Positions 37,751 to 51,061 of a stretch of DNA of 64,000 nt are shown here, in pieces. The stretch spans positions 31,564,401-31,628,400 of the forward strand of contig CM120641.1 in assembly GCA_051362555.1 (NCBI GenBank), in the 5' to 3' direction. Under the pieces are notes generated by a model. It saw only the letters and a program-made list of their open reading frames with translations. It was not told the DNA's origin and made no database searches. The number at the start of each line of letters is the position of its first letter. Positions within the stretch are counted from its first letter, which is position 1. Position numbers and translations under genes: made by a program. Source of the stretch: Lingula anatina (taxonomy: Eukaryota > Animalia > Brachiopoda).

Positions 37751-38751
37751 GAGTAACAAAATGCATAAAAGTAATAAAAAATTGTATGATTTTTTTTATT
37801 TTAAAATTAATATGCATATTTATATGCTATTGATATGTATTTGATTGCATGTTGTAAACATAATATGAAACAGAAATAAACTGATAATCAAAGATGTCTG
37901 TAGATGAATATTTTTGTCACCATCTTCCATATATAGAGAAGAAATATGACTAACTTAAACCATAGTAAGAAATTGATACATTGTTAATGTACAAAGGAAA
38001 CAATTTATCCAGTTATCTCACCATAAAGTGCATGTTTTAGTGCTGAGTAAGAAAAATAAAGAAACAAAAGAAATAAAGATAAAAAGGAATAAGAAAATAA
38101 GTCACATGAGATTGATATAATATGCTTTTGGTCAATCTGCCTAGCCTATGAAAAATCCAATATGGCGGCATTCCATAAGGCATATACTGAAATCCAACTG
38201 ATACATTTGATTATCTATTTATTATGAATGGGATATGCAAATTTTATGAAATTTGGTTAACTGATGCAGAGAAATTTAAATATAATTTTCATGGAAACAT
38301 AATAAGTGTATGAGTTAAAAACCTAATGATACAAATATATTTATCTTAATTTGCTAGTAAATTTCCATTGATTCCTATGTAAATTTGATAAAAAAATCGA
38401 TGCTCAAGCAGCCCTGGCTAAAAACAAGCCTGGTGTGGTACGTATTTTTTTGTAAATTTCTTTGAGGTCTACCAAGATCTATAACATATCCACATAAAAT
38501 TAAAATCGCTAGGGCAGAATTTTTTATTTTTGCATTTTTCAGCAAAATTAAGGGCAAATTTGGCAAAATTCCCATATAACGCAATGTAATAAACGTAGCG
38601 TTTTTCGGGACGCCACCTCTCGAAAACGAGCGTGGGGATCCCCAATTTTTTTTTCATATTTTTTACTCATATGGTAAGAAGAATTTGTCTTACAATTTTA
38701 ATCAAAATCGCTAGGGCAGAAATATGAAATCTGAAATATGAGAGGGCGTCC
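36516..38751 (+). mobile_element. 2.2-kb non-autonomous Kolobok-like DNA transposon, copy A
   Basis: TIRs ggacgtcctctcatatt / aatatgagagggcgtcc, TTAA on both sides (36512-36515, 38752-38755), subterminal direct repeat aaaatcgctagggcagaa. No long ORF. Confidence 0.9.
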
Positions 38752-38972
38752 TTAAGAGAAGGACACTGTACCCCCGCCCACCCCCCACCCACCCCTCACC
38801 TCCCCAACCTGGCCCCGTCGTTTCCAGGAATGCAGTGACACAATAGTTCAACATCTTGTTACTGAACGTGCATTTGTCTGTTTGAAGTTTACTTTCATAT
38901 ACTATATATGTTTGATACTATATAAACAGGCCAGTGACCTCACCAATAAAACAATTAGGAGAATGTAGATAC

Positions 38973-39065
38973 CTGTCCAGTCGTCTTACTTGTTGAGGAC
39001 TTGTTCAGACCTTTGGACAGCGGCAATAAGCCCCTCAATTCCTCATTGACAAGTGCGTTCCTTCT
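38973..39065 (-). other. Candidate 93-nt exon in the spacer between the inverted elements
   Basis: tttctgtaatttcag| acceptor and CAG|gtatct donor. One open phase-0 frame (RRNALVNEELRGLLPLSKGLNKSSTSKTTGQ). No recognisable domain. Confidence 0.35.
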
Positions 39066-39434
39066 CTGAAATTACAGAAAATAAATCATTCAAACTCTGA
39101 GCTGATTTTGAAATTCTAATGGAGAGTATATTAGACATAAGTGTAATGTTCCCATAGTCATAAGGACTAAAATGTCCCTGTGCGAAACGCATTATTTGGG
39201 CAAACGTCCTCTACACAAAATCCACAGCGTTATCTTATCTCATCTATACAATACTACGGCAGCTTCCTGTCATTTTCTGTGCTAAATTTTTGGCCTACAT
39301 GTGGAAATTGCAGCAACGTACCAAGAACCTCTGTCTTCTCCATCTTCTACTGACCTTGGTCCTACCTGAACACCTCTCACCGAAATGCTCACTTGTATTA
39401 CATAATAATGTACAGGGCACAAGTTTCGATTTAA

Positions 39435-40433
39435 GGACGCCCTCTCATATTTCAGATTTCATATTTCTGCCCTAGCGATTTTGATTAAAATTGTAAGACA
39501 AATTCTTCTTACCATATGAGTAAAAAATATGAAAAAAAAATTGGGGATCCCCACGCTCGTTTTCGAGAGGTGGCGTCCCGAAAAACGCTACGTTTATTAC
39601 ATTGCGTTATATGGGAATTTTGCCAAATTTGCCCTTAATTTTGCTGAAAAATGCAAAAATAAAAAATTCTGCCCTAGCGATTTTAATTTTATGTGGATAT
39701 GTTATAGATCTTGGTAGACCTCAAAGAAATTTACAAAAAAATACGTACCACACCAGGCTTGTTTTTAGCCAGGGCTGCTTGAGCATCGATTTTTTTATCA
39801 AATTTACATAGGAATCAATGGAAATTTACTAGCAAATTAAGATAAATATATTTGTATCATTAGGTTTTTAACTCATACACTTATTATGTTTCCATGAAAA
39901 TTATATTTAAATTTCTCTGCATCAGTTAACCAAATTTCATAAAATTTGCATATCCCATTCATAATAAATAGATAATCAAATGTATCAGTTGGATTTCAGT
40001 ATGCCTTATGGAATGCCGCCATATTGGATTTTTCATAGGCTAGGCAGATTGACCAAAAGCATATTATATCAATCTCATGTGACTTATTTTCTTATTCCTT
40101 TTTATCTTTATTTCTTTTGTTTCTTTATTTTTCTTACTCAGCACTAAAACATGCACTTTATGGTGAGATAACTGGATAAATTGTTTCCTTTGTACATTAA
40201 CAATGTATCAATTTCTTACTATGGTTTAAGTTAGTCATATTTCTTCTCTATATATGGAAGATGGTGACAAAAATATTCATCTACAGACATCTTTGATTAT
40301 CAGTTTATTTCTGTTTCATATTATGTTTACAACATGCAATCAAATACATATCAATAGCATATAAATATGCATATTAATTTTAAAATAAAAAAAATCATAC
40401 AATTTTTTATTACTTTTATGCATTTTGTTACTC

Positions 40434-40483
<50 letters not shown>

Positions 40484-41663
40484 TTGGATTGATTTCGCTG
40501 AGAAGAAAATAAAGACCATCTAGACTTTCTCTTTGAAGAGCAATTACTAATTCTGATATGTTAACCCTGACAGCTTTATTTTTTTTTCCTACACATGGAG
40601 AAATTATTTTTTTACAAACAAGGTTTTCTACAGAATTTGGTAAAGGTTTCACACAGGATTGAGTCAGTTGACTGGGATAAAATAAAAAAAATCAGAAAAA
40701 AAGGATTTTCTTCACTTTCATCATTGCAAAAATTAACTAAGTTTTGTAACTCAAGACTATCTTCTAATGCATTATGGGCTGAATAATTTCTGTGATGTAA
40801 TAAATTTACAAACTAAAGTCGATCAGCTAGATCTCTTGTTTATGATTGGGTAAATTAGGATAAAGTTGGAATAAAGTACACTTTATCTTCTAAAATATAC
40901 TGTTTATTTTCCTAGCATCAAAAAAGTATTACATGTATCTGCATAAAAACCCTTGGTCCTCTGTTGTGTGTTTTATGGTTTTGTCCATTTGCACTTTAAC
41001 AAAACCATTACAAGAATGACGTCGCAACACGCCAGGCGGGTGCACACCTGTTGCATCTTTCCTGGAGAGCTGAAAATCGCACTGTTTGCAGGTCATATTG
41101 TTCAATAACATACTTAAATCAACAACAAAACGCCATGAGTCTAATTATTTTAACTTATTGTGAAAGAAGAGAATTGTTTTCAGCATACAAATCACGGTAA
41201 CTTGGCCCTGGGTGATCGGAAAGCAATGCTGAAGAAGACAATGTCTTGTTGCACACATCGTAACCATGTGACAAATCACCACAATACACTTTGTGGTCAA
41301 AATGCAAACCATTGTGATTACTTTCCGTGAGATAAGATCTTGTCACTGCTATACAAGCCGTACTAAAACGCTCTTTTCCATCCCGTCTTCACGTAATTTC
41401 TTACATTGTGCATTTGTAAACAAAGTCGCAAGTGGGTACTTTACGTCGTAAAAGACCAAGCGTTCACAGATACGCAACGCATTGTTGACATATTCGTAGC
41501 GCTTCCACCAAAATAACATCAAAGATTTCATACTGATTTCTTAAAAGGGTGAATTACGTATTTTATTGCATGTTATATGTTTATCATTAGCCGCTATCGC
41601 AAAAAACTACTCATGCGCGAAATCTGCGCAGATCGCAAAAAAAGCTAATATGAGAGGACGTCC
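39435..41663 (-). mobile_element. 2.2-kb non-autonomous Kolobok-like DNA transposon, copy B (inverted relative to A)
   Basis: Reverse complement of copy A with only a few differences. TTAA at 39431-39434 and 41664-41667. Confidence 0.9.
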
Positions 41664-43180
41664 TTAAGTTAAACTTGTTTTTGTTATTTGATATGACGCA
41701 AGGCGACCTAATCCCGGGATGGTGATTAAGGCTTTCTACCATCATAATGGCAAAAATAATGGCAAAAATAATGTTATCAACCATTAAGTTTGATGTCAAA
41801 TTATTTGGCTGTTCCCCCCCCCCCCCACCCCGAAAAAAAATTCACCTGCTGGGTTGTGTTAGAGAAGACAAGATGCGTTTTTTGTTTACTGATTCAGACT
41901 AGGTGTTAATATTCTCACCTCCCTCGGGAGGATACAGCCCAGCTGCCGTATGAGAGGGCACCACCGAGGGGGAGGGGTGATCACAATTCACGGGAAATAA
42001 AATCATTAGTTCACAAATCACAGTAAATAAAACTATACTCACTGAAATTGCGCGTCAAAAATCAAGAATCACGAATCACCGTGTATAATTATAATGACTT
42101 TGTTTCACGAATAACGGAAAATAAAAAAGCCGCATTCACGAGTCACAGGAATGGGGTGTTTCATGCTAAATAAAATGAACGTTTCACGCATCTTGGGAGG
42201 TAAAAAGTGGCTTTCAAGGGTAAGCAAAATACCTCGTATGGGGATGTGATAACCAGAGTACGAACAATACTTCCAAATGTTTTTATTACCTTTGCGATCG
42301 AAAATTCAGCTACAATACCTACTCTTAGAAGATTACTTTTGCAAAGTTGAAGATGTTACCCCCCTCCCAAGCATCAAATTAAATTACCAGCCCAGACGTC
42401 TGAAAAACGCATATTCTCAGTCTCTATCAGTATTTTAATTAGAGTAAGGACCCATTTTGTGAAAGGTAACTTTCCAATTTTATATGATCAAATAATATGT
42501 TTTTACGGAGATTGTTTTTACGGATATGTTTAGGACCCAAATATCTCCGTATGTTTATTTTTCACACAATACAAATCTGACTAAAGAATGAAGTAACATA
42601 GAGAGCTACATGTAGCAACGCTGTCAATGTTTGTATGGCAAACTGTATCAAACTTCAAGGTCGAGGGTAAATACATGTATAATGCTTTCTATAATAAATA
42701 TCAAGGCGAAGTTTTTATTCAGTCATTAAAATTTAGTTACTGAGGGTAAAACATGGTAAATGTGTCTTCCCCATGGCCCTCAAATAATGGTAATTGATGT
42801 TTAATTACAAGAAATTATTTTTATTTAATAACAAGTAAATAAGGTGAGCTTGTCAGAACATTTACCTATGGCGACCACTGATGTTTCAGTACGTGCGCCT
42901 GTAATCTATACTGTTATGTTATCAGATACCATGTACTCTCTGGGTTGTGATTGTCTATTAAAGAGGTTTCATTTTCAAAACAGACTCTAGGCTAATTATT
43001 CTGACGGCACGTGCATTTATTGGTACATTTATGGGTTTATAGTGTCGGGTGTCGTTATTTGTCGAGAGGTATCTGTCGAGACGTATCTACAGTGTATCAG
43101 AAAGGGGGGGGGGGGGGGGGGGGGGGGGCGGGCGCTGATCTTCCGGTGAATTCAGGATCATTCGGTGCCCACTCTGGTAG

Positions 43181-46100
43181 TTTTTATATATACATATAAG
43201 TTTATTTCTGTCACACCAACAAATACAGCAGAAGAATACAGCAGAAGAATACATATGTATATATACACACATACTAAAGCATTCGCACCCGTATACGTAC
43301 ACACACACACACGCACGCACACAAGCACACACACACTTGTACTTAACTGTAACGGTCAAGAACTGTACTGATATTTTAATAAGTGTATAAAAGCTAACAG
43401 TGATAAATCACTTACTTTATAATATCGTTATTGACATAGTAGTTTGCAGAAGTATATACTGTAGACTTAACTTGTGTAAATGCAGATTATTTTGAATAAA
43501 ATATTTATAGCAGAAATAATTACATTGTTTATACCAGGTAAGTGTTTGTTCTAAGCACCCAAAACAAACTGTTTCAGTTTTATCTATAAAAAGCATGTAC
43601 GAGTGTAGTACATATTCGTACTCCATCACGTGATTGGTTGTTGAGACGATAGAAATGTGAGTACATATATTCGTATACTCGTATATCAAACTGTCAGATT
43701 TGACTACAAAGAGGATGCATATACTCAACAATGATGGGGTAAGCATATATTAATACATTGCTAAGGTTCATGCAGTACAACATATACTGGATATCGAGAG
43801 TATCTATTTAAATAAACATAGGAGCATCTACCTTCACAAGGCGTATGATATAGCATTACATAGGCCTCACCGCATATGATGTCTTGATTATGCAATGAGT
43901 ACATAGAAAGAAAAACATATTGTATATAGTTGCAGTGTTATCAGGTGAGAGGGTTTTCTATCAAGGATTTCACACTATTCCAGTTATTGATAATTTGAGT
44001 TTTCTTTTTGTCGGTCAGCAAAAAGTACAGGTCAATGTTGCGGTAAGACTTGATATATGAGCGGACATTATTCCAATGAGGTATCTCAGCTTTTGCTCTG
44101 CATATAGTTATAAATTTCTTAATGAGCAATACGACGATATGAAGACCCGGTAGCCTGTTATCAATGGCACCCAAAACTAACATTTCTATTTTTCTCTCAA
44201 GCTGTAACTCGTAATTTTGTTGAATACTCTGCAGCAGACATGTCAATATATTCTGGACATGAACACATACCCATCATAAATGTTTTAATGTTTCGGCCTC
44301 AATTTGACAGAAGGTGCATATCTGTGACTCACTTAACTTCATTTTTTCCATCCGATCATTAGTAAAATAGATATCATGATTGATCTTGAACTGTAATGTT
44401 TGTAAGCTCGCATCTTGAGTATACGTAAAAGGTGCAGTGTAAATCAGAGCCCATGTCTCTTCTTCGAGTAAGGCCCCAATTCTTGTTTCCCAGGTACCCA
44501 TTAGCCCTATTTAAGGATGGGTTGCTCTTTTTTAAGAGCATGTTATAAAAAACTTTGTTATCTTATCTTTTGAATTGAGTATTTTTATGTTATCATTCAA
44601 AATCCCGTCAAATTTTTTTCCATACTCTTTTATGACTGAGCGCCAATCTCCTGGAATTGACTTTTTCAGCCCCAGATATTGAAGAAAGCTGAAGTTAGCG
44701 CTATATTTTTGGTTGAATTATTCTAATGTGCAAAGTTCCCCCCTAGCGTTCACAATATCAGAAATAAAGTAAACCCCTTTCTTACACCAATTCTTAAAAC
44801 AGAAGCTTTTACCTTCAATTATTTATTTTTCATTGTACCATAGAGGCTGTGATAAAATATCCTGAGGGCTGTTTGGCAATTGACCTTAAAACTTGACCGA
44901 ACATTATAACGCTTTGCCAAAAAGGGTTGAATATATTCTTATTTAAACATAGGCCATGTCTTGTGAGGAACCAAAATTTATTTCCACCCAGTATTTTTAA
45001 GTATTCCATACATAACACTTTCCGTTTGTGCTTATTGTTTTCGATAAATAATTTTTGTACGCATTCGAGTTTAAGCGCTCTTGAAAAAGACTTGAAGTCG
45101 GGGACTCTTAGTACGCCGTCTATACATGTATAGTCTTATAATTACCTCATTCTGACTCTTTTGATCTTGTCGACTGGGCTTCCCCATATAAATTTGAACG
45201 TAATTTTATCGATTTCTTTAAAAATTGTTCTCCTGGTTCGGGGAGCACCGTAAATACCTGAACAAGGGTTGGGAGGGCTAGGGATTTAATAACTGTTATT
45301 TTGCCCATTAAGGAAAGTGATCTAAATGACCAATCATTTAAAAGATTTTCATACTTTTCCAATTTTTCTTTGAAGTTTTCCTCGTAGAAATCAGTTTTTG
45401 ATAAATTATACTTGATTCCCAAAAGCTTAAACTTGCCTCTAGTATTCCGTTGTATTTTAACGTTTGTTTTAATTGTTCCTTACTGCCCCTTTTGGAACCA
45501 ATCCAAATAGCTTCGGTCTTTTCAAAATTAGCCTTCAAACTGGAGCATTCAGCAAAGAGGGTAATTATTTTGATTGCTTTATTTAGTGACAATTCGTCGT
45601 CGCTGAGCATTAGAGTAGTGTCATCCGCGTAGTGGCAAACTTAGTATTCAACATCATTTTCAATTATGCCTTTTATGTCCCTATCATACTTCAAAGCTGT
45701 GCTGAATAATTCTAGTGCTATAATGTATAAGTATGGCGATAGCGGATCGCCCTGTCGAATGCCTCTCTTAATACTAAAGAATTCGGAGAGATGACCATTA
45801 TTTTGTACCGTGCTAGCGATTCCCGAGTAAAGGGTTTTAAACCACCTTACGATATTTTTTCCAAAATTGAAAAAAAAATCAAACTTTTCTCGATAAAACT
45901 CCATTCCAAGGAGTCAAAAGCTTTCTCCATGTTTAGTAGTAGCAGGATACCAGGTATGTTGTCATTTTCTGTTTTCTCTATCAAATACAAGACGCGTACA
46001 CTCACCAATGTATCTCCCCTTCATGAAACCTGATTGAGTGCTTGAGTTTTGGTTTAATTTTGTTCGCTATACAGAGAGACACTAGTTTATAGTCCACATT

Positions 46101-46385
46101 TAAAAGTGATATGGGTCTCCAGTGTTTTATGTAGTTTTTGGATTTTCCTTCTTTTGGTAGACATGTTATAAGCCCTTGTTTTTGACTTACTGACATAGTC
46201 TATATTTGAAAATAATAATTAAAAGAGCGTAGAAGGCAATGTCTGATATCAGCCCAGAAAATTTTGTAAAATTCAACAGTAAATCCATCTATTCCTGGAG
46301 ATTTGCCATTATTCATTTGTTTTAAGACATACAGGCACTCTACCTGAGTGATTTTAGTATCAACTTCCTCCTCCAGTCTGGTAGT
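43181..46385 (-). mobile_element. 5'-truncated, decayed Tx1/L1-clade LINE (RT + zinc knuckle, multiple frameshifts)
   Basis: GKSPGIDGFTVEFY, LPKEGK..WRPISLLNVDYK, RGIRQGDPLSPYLY, HYADD (~45620-45635), CTFCQIEAETLKHL. ORF end 43941. The 3' boundary is placed tentatively at an AATAAA plus A-rich tail near 43181-43210. Confidence 0.9.
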
Positions 46386-46427
46386 TAGGTAGGCCTAGTA
46401 TAGTATATGTTAGATTCACGACATTAA

Positions 46428-46745
46428 CTCTTAAACTAAAATAGCTTTCCAAAACTATCCATGAATTATTACTTGAATAACATCTTTACTCCCCTAGCCC
46501 CGTAAGCGTCTCACGTTGTCTTCACTAACACAATTGGGTGGTTTTTGTGGAGGCCGTCACAATCATGAGACAGCGTCATAAACCAGACACCGCAGCCTGT
46601 GGCACATTTTTCTTATGAACAAAGATTGTTCACTTAAAATATTCTTCACAGTGGCAGATAGATTAGCTAAAAAAGGGGATTGAAAAAGAGTTAAAGGCCA
46701 ATACGAGTAAAGTAGATTTAGCAAAGACGTTAAAAAATATCACTT
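46428..46745. repeat. Diverged ~310-bp direct copy of 48975-49285
   Basis: Shared blocks ctcttaaac.aaaatag, gtcttcactaacacaattgggtg, cttatgaaca, cacagtgg.agatagattagc, ttgaaaaagagtt. Confidence 0.85.
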
Positions 46746-46924
46746 CGTTTAAAAGCAGGAGCTGCCAGGCCTTATCAACGGATTCTAGGCGTTAACTAAC
46801 CCTACCCGCAGATCTTTAAGCTCTAACACCCATCTATACCACATAATCCGCGAATTAACCAGCACACCGTAAATGTATTTACCACTGCGCTCTTCCATTT
46901 GGTTTCAAATACAAAACCAGCCTT

Positions 46925-47012
46925 CAGTGTGTGTGTGTGTGAGTGTGCGTGTGTGTGTGTGTGTGTGCGCGTGCGTGTGTCTGTGCGAATGTGTGTGTGT
47001 GTGTGTGTGCGT
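46925..47012. repeat. Imperfect (TG)n microsatellite
   Basis: Direct reading. Confidence 0.95.
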
Positions 47013-49292
47013 GTATGCTGTAACACACTTTTTATCGGAGTCGTAAACTCTCCTGACACATCTACTGACACTTTGCCCCCCCTCCCCCCCCCCCGGGCCA
47101 AGCACCGACCAATCTGCGTCCTAGGTACAGTTACAGTTTGCTTGAGTCCATCATATCACTAAATTTTTTATCTACCCTTCAATACAAGTGATGGCCTTTA
47201 ATTTTAAGTTTAAATAGCATGTCATCACTGCCCATGATTTATTTCGTCAGTGAAATTTAATTTTCCTATACAAAAATCTCATACATCTCTACATAGGCCT
47301 ATATCTCAGAGAAATATTTCCAGTCTTTAATTTTGCTCTTCATTTATTGGAATGGAATGAGCATCCGCCTGTGTTTGTATGCAGTCGTAAAGATTTTTAT
47401 GGCAAGGGGCATTGAACGGACAGAGAGCGGCGAACGTGTTCTGGCTTGGCGCTGGCGTTGCATATGGCCCACTTGATTTCTGTATTTTGACCATGTCGTG
47501 TCGTAGACACATCTCATTAAAAATATTAATATGGCATTGGCGTCAGATGTAAGGTTTTAGTAAAACGTTATGTATCGTTGGTCGGACATATTTTGTGCGC
47601 ACTATTCCTGAAGTCTGTGGGCGCCTTTGTTATATGTGCTGAAGAACTCATCATCGATTCACGTAGACACATTATGAAATAATTAAATCAATTAAAAAGA
47701 TAAATATACATGTATACCCAAATGAACAGAGTGAAATAAACTGCAGATGTTCTGTCAATCTTTTCTATTTATTAAGCACGTATTAAATAGGGCCTAGGAA
47801 TCTTTAACATATGACTTGAATTTTAAAGTTTGTCCATACCAATCTTTTTTCGACAGGCTGTTACCAGATACTTCAGAGAGTTTATATGTATGACTTCTCC
47901 CTCAGTATTCCCCCTTCGTTACATTATTTCCTGTGACTTAACATATATAATAATTTACTCGGGTCTTGATGTTACGTGTAAACATTGTTGAGTATCTAAT
48001 ACTACTAGTGTATTTTTACGCATCAAAAAGTGCATGAAAATACGTTGAAAAACAATTATATAAAGTAGATAAAAAACTATTAATGCACGTAATTACTATA
48101 TTAAAATGATCTTGATTCTTTCTCATGTGAAATTTAAACGAGATTACATTGCAGTGCAATACACTCTATAATATACTCAATGGGTTGTTTTAAATGCGAA
48201 TAAAACGGAAGTGAGCAAGCGCATGGTACGGGTGGAGAGTGGTATCTATACTACCGTGAATTACTTTGTAGGGCGAAAAGAGGCAAGAATCAAGATAGGG
48301 CGGATAAAGATGGTATAGGGACATATTTTTGAATAGCGACTGTGCGTGTCGCTCTTATTAGGAACGTTGTCTTTGCCACAGAGTCTCTGACAAAACCAGG
48401 CGTCTTTGACCCTCTTACCTGCTGGAATATTGTTTGTTGTTAAGAGAAGACGAAGTCCATGTGAAATTTACTCAGGACGCCATGACGGGAGGGAAAGAAC
48501 TCGAAAGGTGGTCACGATCCTCATGGGAGAAGCATGGCATTCAACGCGTCCTGCTCTAAGACGGACAGCTTGTACCGCAATAAGCACGGCTTGCATCTGT
48601 GTAAAGCTTGTTGGGGGTTTTTCTCGTTACTGGGACAAGTTCGGGAGCTCAAATTTTCTATGAAGATGGAGAATTAAGCAGTTGTGTCCTTATGTCAGGC
48701 TGTGTCCTTATGTTGGCGTTCCTGGTTAATATACGCGGTACGCTTCATCCATGTTGAAGGGTATCAATACACGCACTCAAGCACATCCGAAACTCAATTT
48801 CCACAATTACCTCACACCTTTATCTGTTGTCATATTTGACCCCCCCCCCCCACACACACACACAACCCACACCGCACACGTCCCTCATAACACTGGATAT
48901 TTTGTCGAAGACTGGTTTCATCACATTGCTTTTCAATCTACCCTACAGTATATATGTAAGTTTCACGACAAGTACTCTTAAACGAAAATAGTTTTCCAAC
49001 AGTACCCATGAATTATTATTTCATTACTTTAAGAACACCTCCCCCTCCCTGTCTCGCGTTACGTCTTCACTAACACAATTGGGTGATATTTGTAGAGTCG
49101 GTCACAATCATGGTTGAGACAGCATCAAAAGTCTGTGGTACATTTCTCTTATGAACAGATATTGTTACATAAAATTTTCACAGTGGTAGATAGATTAGCA
49201 ATAAATAAATAAGAGAAGGGGTTGAAAAAGAGTTCAAGGCTAATAAGAGTAGATTTGGCCGAGACACGAATAAAAATCGAAACAATTACTTC

Positions 49293-50577
49293 ATACCCAC
49301 AAATCCTGTTAGACAGCTTCACCTGTTAGTCCTGTAACACACACCCTGGTCCTCAATACATACCCACAAATCCTGGAAGACAGCGACACCTGTTGCCTGT
49401 TGGTCCTGTAACACACCATGGTACCCAATGAATACCCACAAATCCTGGTAGACAGCAACACCTGTTGGTCCTGTAACACACACCCTGGTCCTCAATACAT
49501 ACCCACAAATCCTGGTAGACAGCGACACCTGTTGGTCCTGTAACACACACTGTGGTCCTCAATACATACCCACAAATCCTGGTAGACATCAACACCTGTT
49601 GGTCCTGTAACACTCACCCTGGTCCTCAATACATACCCTCAAATCCTGGTAGACAGCGACACCTGTTGGTCCTGTAACACACACTCTGGTCCTCAATACA
49701 TACCCACAAATCCTGGTAGACTGCGACACCTGTTGGTCCTGTAACACACACCGTGGTTCTCAATACATACCCACAAATCCTGGTAGACAGCGACACCTGT
49801 TGGTCCTGTAACACACACCGTGGTCCTCAATACATACCCACAAATCTTGGTAGACAGCGACACCTGTTGTCTGTTGGTCCTGTAACACACTGTGGTCCTC
49901 AATACATACCCACAAATCCTGGTAGACAGCGACACCTGTTGGTCCTGTAACACACCGTGGTCCTCAATACATACCCACAAATCCTGGTAGACAGCAACAC
50001 CTGTTGCCTGTTGGTCCTGTTACACACACTGTGGTACCAAATACATACCCACAAATCCTGGTAGACAGCAATACCTGTTGGTCCTGTAACACACACCGTG
50101 GTCCTCAATACATACCCACAAATCCTAGAAGACAGCAACACCTGTTGGTCCTGTTACACACACCGTGGTCTTCAATACATACCCACAAATCCTGGTAGAC
50201 AGTGACACCTGTTAGTCCTGTTACACACACCGTGGTCCTTAACACATACCCACAAATCCTGGTAGACAGCTACACCTGTTGGTCCTGTAACACGCACCCT
50301 GGTCCTCAATACATACCCACAAATCCTGGTAGACAGCAACACCTGTTGGTCCTGTTACACACAACGTGGTCTTCAATACATATCCACAAATCCTGGTTGA
50401 CAGTGACACCTGTTAGTCCTGTTACACACACCGTGGTCCTTAATACATACCCACAAATCCTGGTAGACAGCGACACCTGTTGGTCCTGTAACACACACCG
50501 TGGTCCTTAATACATACCCACAAATCCTGGTAGACAGCGACACCTGTTGGTCCTGTATCACACATCGTGGTCCTTAC
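49293..50577 (-). repeat. 67-bp minisatellite, 19 units, derived from the 3' part of an EGF exon plus its splice donor
   Basis: Minus-strand unit aggaccacggtgtgtgttacaggaccaacaggtgtcgctgtctaccaggatttgtgG|gtatgtattg encodes DHGVCYRTNRCRCLPGFVG followed by GTATGT. Some units carry a 7-bp insertion and/or a 2-bp loss. Confidence 0.95.
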
Positions 50578-50607
50578 CAGTGCAGTTCTTAACATACAGA
50601 CACGTTG
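50518..50607 (-). pseudogene. EGF exon (ATCLYVKNCTGKDHDV*YRTNRCRCLPGFVG), 90 nt, Cys codon replaced by TGA
   Basis: cttttccag| acceptor, G|gtatgt donor, phase 1-1. Confidence 0.85.
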
Positions 50608-51061
50608 CTGGAAAAGAGTACGGCGTTGAAGTTATTAGTACTTTTTCGGAAACTAAGTAATGTGTGGTATGGCACATTACGGTATGCATCACAAACATTC
50701 CTCTTCTATACACTTGTAAACTCATATTAAAGCGTTTCTCATGTGTTGTTGATGCAATGGTATGAAGCTTTCTATCAAACACAATACTATTAAAATTAAA
50801 TAAACCTTAATTAAATTAACCCTACTGCTTGTTTCTGTATGCTTTTTACATGTCTCTTCGTGACCGAAAAATAAAAGACTTGCAGTCCTGACTGCAATAC
50901 ATATGTTTATTAATAATACTGATGCTGGTCAGGTGACAGCATTCAGAGGAATGTTTGGTGGTGAGGTGTGGCGAGCGATAGGAGAAAAATGCTTTACAGT
51001 AGACAACTTTGAATATCGTACAAAATAGAGTGCTCCAGAAGAGCGATCGAGTGCATACAGT

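Noticed and set aside
48200-48310. Promoter suggested by CGGAAGT (ETS) and GGGCGG motifs
   Set aside because: These are isolated short motifs with no linked transcript or exon evidence.
49319-50561. Cys-rich repeat protein encoded by the minisatellite
   Set aside because: The unit length is not a multiple of 3, there are frequent stops, and the ORFs rotate through all frames.
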